The notes beneath the pieces were generated by a model. The model was not told where the DNA came from and ran no database searches. It saw nothing but the letters and a program-made list of their open reading frames with translations. A program made the translations under genes and the position numbers. From an archaeon (lineage in GTDB: Archaea > Iainarchaeota > Iainarchaeia > Iainarchaeales > Iainarchaeaceae), in assembly GCA_035289485.1 (NCBI GenBank), contig DATDXA010000007.1, forward strand, positions 1 to 11,859: DNA of 11,859 nt, in the 5' to 3' direction. Shown in pieces: positions 7,391 to 11,859 of this stretch (position 1 is the stretch's first letter; each line of letters opens with the position of its first letter).

Positions 7391-8041
7391 TTAATGTCTG
7401 CCGATTGCGAATCCGCCAAGACTAGATAAAAATACGGAAATCAAAATTAAAATAATTGTTAGGATAATGGGCGTGGCAACAGAAATTATTGATTGTATAG
7501 TAGTCAAATTCATCAGACTTTTTGTGAATTTTATGTGCAGATATAATGCATATATTAGAAATAAGATTGATGCAACAGATAAGATGTCAGAAAATGTTGA
7601 TAATAATGGTATAAAATTTTGTAGAGGGTGTGGGTCAATTCCAGTGCTATTTGTTAAACTTCTTACTGCAAAATTAAGTGCGCTTCCTAGAAACGGAAGC
7701 GTGAAAATAAAGAGTGATTTAGGTAAAAATTCTAAAAAATGGGCTGACCCACCATACATTTTTGCTGCAATGAATTGAATTGATAGAAAAACAAATGCCA
7801 CAAGCAAATTTAGTAGAACAAACAGCGTGGGCTGTCCAATAAGATATGGCAGAAAATCACTCGATTTGAACCATACATTCCCCTGAGCTAATCCTAAAGT
7901 GCCATGTATCCAAAGCGGCAAAATAAGAATCGCAATAGTAATTAAATAAAAAATTAATAAAATTTTCCAGATTCCATTTTTTTTCTCTATTAAATAATCG
8001 ATATTTTTTCTGGCAAAAACTTCGATGAAAATATTACTCAT
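7391..8041 (-). CDS. Yip1-family membrane protein (low GC)
   Basis: About 5 TM helices with the Yip1-like IAAKMYGGSAHF and NLTTIQSIISVATPII segments. Own TATA TTTATAGA (8071-8064). Confidence 0.78.
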   Translation of the reverse strand: MSNIFIEVFARKNIDYLIEKKNGIWKILLIFYLITIAILILPLWIHGTLGLAQGNVWFKSSDFLPYLIGQPTLFVLLNLLVAFVFLSIQFIAAKMYGGSAHFLEFLPKSLFIFTLPFLGSALNFAVRSLTNSTGIDPHPLQNFIPLLSTFSDILSVASILFLIYALYLHIKFTKSLMNLTTIQSIISVATPIILTIILILISVFLSSLGGFAIGRH

Positions 8042-8081
8042 TTGTTAAATTAGAGTGTGAATTTCTATAAATAGTTATGCA

Positions 8082-8438
8082 TCACAAGTAAACAATCTTC
8101 CCGCCCTTTCGCAGCTTCTGCCGCTCTGCATATTTCACGAGGTAGTGCACCGTGCTTTTTGGAATTCCGGTTGATTGCTCGATTTGCCTGAATGTGCGGT
8201 TGTCGCGGTGAAGCTCAATTATTTGCATTAATTTGTCAACCCCTATTTCAATCGGCCGCCCGCGAGAGCTCTCAATTATCACTTCCGCATTTGAACTTTC
8301 AAGAAGTTTTCTTGCCCTTGCGCTTATGCGGGTGAAAGAACTTGCGGGCATGAAAATTTTTGCATGGCCGGCGCGCAGCGCGGATTTGACCTGCGCTGCA
8401 GTAGGCGGCCTTGAGAAGTGAATTTTATCCTCATCCAT
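8082..8438 (-). CDS. DUF1699-like protein with C-terminal HTH, putative transcriptional regulator
   Basis: IHFSRPPT...IFMPASSFTRIS...LLE resembles the archaeal DUF1699 N-domain as I recall it. The RGRP linker and HTH RTFRQIEQSTGIPKSTVHYLV are directly visible. Confidence 0.75.
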   Translation of the reverse strand: MDEDKIHFSRPPTAAQVKSALRAGHAKIFMPASSFTRISARARKLLESSNAEVIIESSRGRPIEIGVDKLMQIIELHRDNRTFRQIEQSTGIPKSTVHYLVKYAERQKLRKGGKIVYL

Positions 8439-8457
8439 TATATCAACCCATTTTCGG

Positions 8458-8493
8458 TACGCGTAACGTTTTTAAGTGGATTCAATTTGAATC
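8458..8493. promoter_or_regulatory. Divergent promoter with candidate palindromic operator
   Basis: TATA TTTTTAAG (8469-8476), flanked by palindrome TACGCGTA (8458-8465) and the perfect 7-1-7 inverted repeat GATTCAA-T-TTGAATC (8479-8493). Confidence 0.6.
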
Positions 8494-8512
8494 TCAATAT
8501 ATGGGTACAGGC

Positions 8513-9709
8513 ATGAAATTTAAATTCGACTCCATAGAGTCCGCAATGAAGGCCCTGCGCGCGGGCGAGATGATAGTTCTTGTAGATGATGAGAGCCGCG
8601 AAAACGAGGGCGACATTGTGATGGCGGCAGAAAAGGCCACCGTTGAAAAGCTCAATTTTATTGTGCGCGAAGCGCGCGGGCTTCTTTGCGTCCCAATCAC
8701 GCGCGAAAAGGCAGCGCAGCTTAATTTGCACAAAATGACCGCAAACACCGACAAATACGAAACGCCTTTTACTGTTTCGGTGGACGCCGCAAAAACCGGA
8801 ACTGGAATAAGCATCAAGGACAGATTGCTTACAATCAAAACAATTCTAAGCGAAAAATCAATGCCGCACAATCTTCACAGGCCAGGGCACGTCTTCCCGC
8901 TTGTGGCGCGCGAAGGAGGAGTGCTGCAGCGCGCAGGGCACACAGAAGGCACAGTTGATTTGCTGCAAATGGCGGGAATGAAGCCTGTTGGAATAATTTG
9001 CGAAATCCTAAACAAGGACGGCTCCATGGCAAGGCTCCCGGAACTTTCAGAATTCGCGCAAAAGCACAGCCTGCGCCTTGTGTGCCTCAAAGAGCTCATT
9101 GCATACCGGCTTCGCAAAGGAATGCAGCTAAAAAAAGTCGCAGAGCCATTCCTTCCAACCGCTTTTGGAAATTTCAAGGCCGCCGGATATGTCGATATCT
9201 TAGAGGAAAAAGAATACATCGCCCTTGTGAAAGGGAATGTGCACGGCAAAAAGAACGTGATGGTGAGGGTGCACTCCGCTTGCCTTACGGGAGATGTGTT
9301 TCACAGCCTGCGCTGCGATTGCAACCAGCAGCTTCAGGAGGCGCTGAAAAGAATCAACCGCGAGGGATTGGGAGTTCTTCTCTACATCCCGCACCATGAG
9401 GGAAGAGGAATTGGAATACTAAATAAGCTTCGCGCATACGAACTCCAGGACAAGGGCAAGGATACAATAGAAGCGAACACCGCGCTCGGGCTTGCGGTGG
9501 ACAGCCGCACATACGGAACCGGCGCGAGAATACTAAAAGACCTCGGGCTTACAACAATTCGGCTTCTTACAAACAACCCAAAAAAGCTCAAAGGGCTTGA
9601 GGGCTTCGGGCTCAAAATCACAGAGCAATTGCCGATAAAAGTGAAGCCAAACAGGCACAACAAGGCATACCTCGAGACAAAAAAGCTTAAAATGGGCCAC
9701 GCACTCTAA
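8513..9709 (+). CDS. ribBA: Bifunctional 3,4-dihydroxy-2-butanone-4-phosphate synthase / GTP cyclohydrolase II
   Basis: RibB motifs DDESRENEGD, FTVSVDA, TGIS..DR, RPGHVFPL, RAGHTE and ICEI. RibA motifs RVHSACLTGD-F-SLRCDC, EGRGIG, KLRAY, DSRTYG, LLTNNPKK and YL.TK..KMGH. Start is ATG 8513 (alternative 8501); 8411 overlaps the divergent gene. Confidence 0.97.
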   Translation: MKFKFDSIESAMKALRAGEMIVLVDDESRENEGDIVMAAEKATVEKLNFIVREARGLLCVPITREKAAQLNLHKMTANTDKYETPFTVSVDAAKTGTGISIKDRLLTIKTILSEKSMPHNLHRPGHVFPLVAREGGVLQRAGHTEGTVDLLQMAGMKPVGIICEILNKDGSMARLPELSEFAQKHSLRLVCLKELIAYRLRKGMQLKKVAEPFLPTAFGNFKAAGYVDILEEKEYIALVKGNVHGKKNVMVRVHSACLTGDVFHSLRCDCNQQLQEALKRINREGLGVLLYIPHHEGRGIGILNKLRAYELQDKGKDTIEANTALGLAVDSRTYGTGARILKDLGLTTIRLLTNNPKKLKGLEGFGLKITEQLPIKVKPNRHNKAYLETKKLKMGHAL

Positions 9710-9718
9710 TACTCGCAT

Positions 9719-10639
9719 ATGGGCATAATCAACACGAATTCGGCGGTGTTCCTGCTTGTCGCCGCAACTCTTGTATGGGCGGCCACGGGAATTTCGTGGA
9801 AATTTTTCTCACTTGCCGGAATCGCATTTATAGTAATTTTTCTGGTCTCAAGGCTTTTCAAGTTCCTTGCGGTGTGGTTTATTTCATATTACAGGATAAA
9901 ACAGCGCGAGCCGATAAAGAACTTTCGTGAGCTTGGCATAATATTTCTAAACGCATGCTTTAGCGTCGGAACCCCGTTCTTCTACTTCCTTGCAATAAGC
10001 GAAACCAGCGTCTCGAACGCATATTTTCTTCTCTACACAATGCCCGCATGGGTGCTGATTGCCGCAGTGCTGTTTTTGGGGGAAAAAATAACGAAAAAAA
10101 AGATCGCAGGGCTCCTGCTTACGACCTGCGGAATACTTCTGATAGCATCCCCCTGGAACGGGGGGTTCCAGATAAGCCTTGGGCTGATCTTTGGGCTGCT
10201 CTCCGCATTCTCGCACACAGGAGACATCATAACTTCACGCGAACTTAAGGATTATTCCTACCACACGGTATCATTTTACACAAACCTAATGCAGCTCTTC
10301 ATTGTCGCGGCAATGACCCCGCTATTGCTAAACCCGGGCGATCTGCAAATAGGCCTTCCAAACATCGCAATACTTGCGGTTACAGGGGCGCTGCTTGGAA
10401 TTGCAAGCGATATGTACTACCACGCGCTTGACACGCTCGAGGCATCAAGGGCCGCCATAATATCCTTTTCAGAGCTCATATTTGCGGTGGTGCTCGCATT
10501 CATATTTTTCAGCGAGATGCCAAACGGGAGCGAACTTGCAGGGTATGCGCTCATACTCATAGCGGGAGCGATTATAATATTCAGGAAAGCCGATATAGAG
10601 CGCTTTGAGCACCTATTACGCTTCACTGATAGGCAATAA
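9719..10639 (+). CDS. DMT/EamA-family transporter (10 TM), possible riboflavin-related transporter
   Basis: Two EamA repeats (YFLAISETSVSNAYFLLYTMP..FLGEKIT; YHALDTLEASRAAIISFSELIFA..FFSEMP). Starts 9 nt after the ribBA stop. Confidence 0.9.
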   Translation: MGIINTNSAVFLLVAATLVWAATGISWKFFSLAGIAFIVIFLVSRLFKFLAVWFISYYRIKQREPIKNFRELGIIFLNACFSVGTPFFYFLAISETSVSNAYFLLYTMPAWVLIAAVLFLGEKITKKKIAGLLLTTCGILLIASPWNGGFQISLGLIFGLLSAFSHTGDIITSRELKDYSYHTVSFYTNLMQLFIVAAMTPLLLNPGDLQIGLPNIAILAVTGALLGIASDMYYHALDTLEASRAAIISFSELIFAVVLAFIFFSEMPNGSELAGYALILIAGAIIIFRKADIERFEHLLRFTDRQ

Positions 10640-10716
10640 ACAACAGTTCCGGCTGTTGGGTACGGGGGCTATCTTCGGCTTGTGCCTCGATAGGCCATAA
10701 ATATAACAATTCAGGC
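10628..10716 (+). repeat. Imperfect direct repeat, two copies of 26-28 nt with a 35-nt spacer
   Basis: GATAGGCAATAAA--CAACAGTTCCGGC (10628-10653) vs GATAGGCCATAAATATAACAATTCAGGC (10689-10716): 22 identities, 4 mismatches, one 2-nt gap. Confidence 0.5.
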
Positions 10717-10769
10717 ATGCCAGAAAGAAAAGGCATATTTTTATACCACAACGCCTTAATTGTAGCATT

Positions 10770-11063
10770 ATGAAAAATAATTCTGGCAAGCCAGAAAATG
10801 CAAAAGAGGAGGAAATCCTAAAAGTGGTGCGGGACCACTGGCCGATTTCCGCACTTGAAATAGCAAAGCACTTTAGCGAGAACACTTCCTCTCGCGAGCG
10901 GCGCAAAAAGCACTCCACCAATTACACATATTACCTAAAAAAACTGGTAAGCAAAAGAAAAGTTCTCTCAAAGCGCATGGGAAATGCGCTTGTTGTCTGG
11001 CCACTTGAAGTCGAATCTTACAGGGCGATACATAAAATACTTGCAGAGGCAGGGGAACCGTAG
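10770..11063 (+). CDS. Winged helix-turn-helix protein, putative transcriptional regulator
   Basis: EEEILKVVRDHWPISALEIAKHF ... NYTYYLKKLVSKRKVLSKRMGNALVVW follows the wHTH pattern with wing. TATA TTTTTATA (10738-10745) lies 24 nt upstream. Confidence 0.82.
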   Translation: MKNNSGKPENAKEEEILKVVRDHWPISALEIAKHFSENTSSRERRKKHSTNYTYYLKKLVSKRKVLSKRMGNALVVWPLEVESYRAIHKILAEAGEP

Positions 11064-11089
11064 TGGAAAAATTGGAAACGTGATTGCAG

Positions 11090-11650
11090 ATGCTGAATTC
11101 ATTCTACGACAAGTTCATTTTCACAAGCGGCCTTCAGTACACGCACAACAATTTCTTTTTGCTGAATATGCCCTTCACAATAATTCCGATTGACATCCTT
11201 GTCGGCCTTGCTGAAATGGATGATAAGGACTTGAACATCAAATTATATTACTCCGTGAAAGAATCAGTAAAAAATGCCGTGCGCAAGGACTTCCAGATTG
11301 ATTTTGGGGTGCAGGGAGAGAAAGGCCTTGATTTTATGCAGACTTTCTTTTCAGCTTCCGGCTGGGGAAAAATAGACCGCACGGACCTGGATTTGGAAAA
11401 ATGCCACGCACTTGTTAGCGTTGCCAATTCTCCTATTGCAATGAACTGCAAGAAGTGCCAAACACCCGCGGACACTTTCCTTCGGGGGATACTTGCAGGG
11501 ATATTTTCCATATATTTCAAAAAGGATGTTGAATGCGTCGAATCCAACTGCGCGGCGCTGCACGCAAACCAGTGCGATTTTGTAATAAAACCCATTGAAG
11601 AATTCGATTTTACGAAAACGGCTACGAGAGGGCAGCTGAAGGTTGATTGA
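11090..11650 (+). CDS. Stand-alone V4R (4-vinyl reductase) ligand-binding domain protein
   Basis: SASGWGKI, NSPIA, FLRGILAGIFS and VECVESNCAALHANQCDFVIKP are V4R hallmarks. ATG 11090 follows SD-like CGTGAT. Confidence 0.87.
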   Translation: MLNSFYDKFIFTSGLQYTHNNFFLLNMPFTIIPIDILVGLAEMDDKDLNIKLYYSVKESVKNAVRKDFQIDFGVQGEKGLDFMQTFFSASGWGKIDRTDLDLEKCHALVSVANSPIAMNCKKCQTPADTFLRGILAGIFSIYFKKDVECVESNCAALHANQCDFVIKPIEEFDFTKTATRGQLKVD

Positions 11651-11662
11651 ACTTAAGAACAC

Positions 11663-11719
11663 ATGATGCCCAAAAAAAATCCATCTAAAAATGCCCAAAA
11701 ACAGCCAATTAAACAACCC
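11663..11719 (+). pseudogene. Probable 5' fragment of a gene interrupted by the IS
   Basis: ATG 12 nt after the V4R stop encodes MMPKKNPSKNAQKQPIKQP, then runs into the IS end at 11720 and stops at 11737. Confidence 0.4.
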
Positions 11720-11859
11720 TGTGTTGTCCTGATTTAATGTCCTCTCTGTGTTTCATGTTGGGTCATCGTCCTTTTATGCTTTGTCCAAGAACGCCCTTAT
11801 GGGCGTTCTGAGTGAGCCGTTTTCTAGGCTCATGTGTGGTCTGCGTTCGTTGTAGTACT
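11720..11859 (-). mobile_element. Right end of an IS481-family-like insertion sequence (continues beyond window)
   Basis: Candidate terminus 5'-TGTGTTGTCCTGATTTAATGTCC at 11720 (IS481-family ends begin TGT), 54 nt past the stop of an integrase-core C-terminus. Confidence 0.72.
11774..11859 (-). CDS. DDE transposase C-terminal fragment (partial)
   Basis: Manual translation gives YYNERRPHMSLENGSLRTPIRAFLDKA*, containing the YN-x2-RPH-x-SL...TP motif of IS3/IS481 integrase cores. Not in the supplied ORF track. Confidence 0.85.
   Translation of the reverse strand, partial: YYNERRPHMSLENGSLRTPIRAFLDKA

Noticed and set aside
8082..8438. HTH protein as a transposase or resolvase fragment (GRP + HTH)
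   Set aside because: No catalytic domain, IRs or adjoining transposase remnants; the N-domain fits the DUF1699-like family and the ORF appears intact with its own promoter.
8439..8512. FMN riboswitch upstream of ribBA
   Set aside because: The gap is too short for an RFN element and lacks its conserved motifs; the TATA position implies little or no leader.
10665..10700. tRNA-like start GGGGGCTAT
   Set aside because: No D-arm, T-loop (TTCGA/TTCAA) or acceptor-stem complement; no tRNA or rRNA seen anywhere in the window.
10628..10716. Mini CRISPR array
   Set aside because: Only two degenerate copies with an indel, one overlapping a CDS; no ATTGAAA(C/G)-type end and no cas genes in the window.
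10616..10921. 101-aa minus-strand ORF and other short ORFs overlapping called genes (e.g. 2284..2706, 8494..8871, 8998..9399, 11351..11716)
   Set aside because: Shadow or alternative-frame ORFs of well-supported genes, with no recognisable domains.

Overview
Gene-dense archaeal chromosomal window. Archaeal marker genes (FtsZ2, Nmd3, aCPSF2-like beta-CASP nuclease, ACD beta subunit) and many TATA boxes about 22-30 nt upstream of ATGs support this; a DPANN origin (e.g. Iainarchaeota/Micrarchaeota) is my inference only. Gene order: ftsZ2 with a hairpin terminator; two small ORFans; an XRE-HTH regulator followed by a basic HExxH protein; a minus-strand beta-CASP / membrane protein / nmd3 cluster; a divergent ADP-forming acyl-CoA synthetase beta subunit; a small protein with a Gin/CsfB-like Zn finger; a low-GC Yip1 gene; a DUF1699-like HTH gene divergent from bacterial-type ribBA plus an EamA transporter, with a perfect 15-bp palindrome in the shared promoter; a wHTH + V4R pair. 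The window ends in the 3' end of an IS481-like element, absent from the ORF track, that appears to interrupt a third gene. Best candidates for something new: the putative riboflavin regulator/operator/transporter module, the anti-sigma-like Zn finger in an archaeon, the XRE + gluzincin pair, and the split wHTH/V4R sensor. All family assignments come from motif recognition and memory, not database searches.
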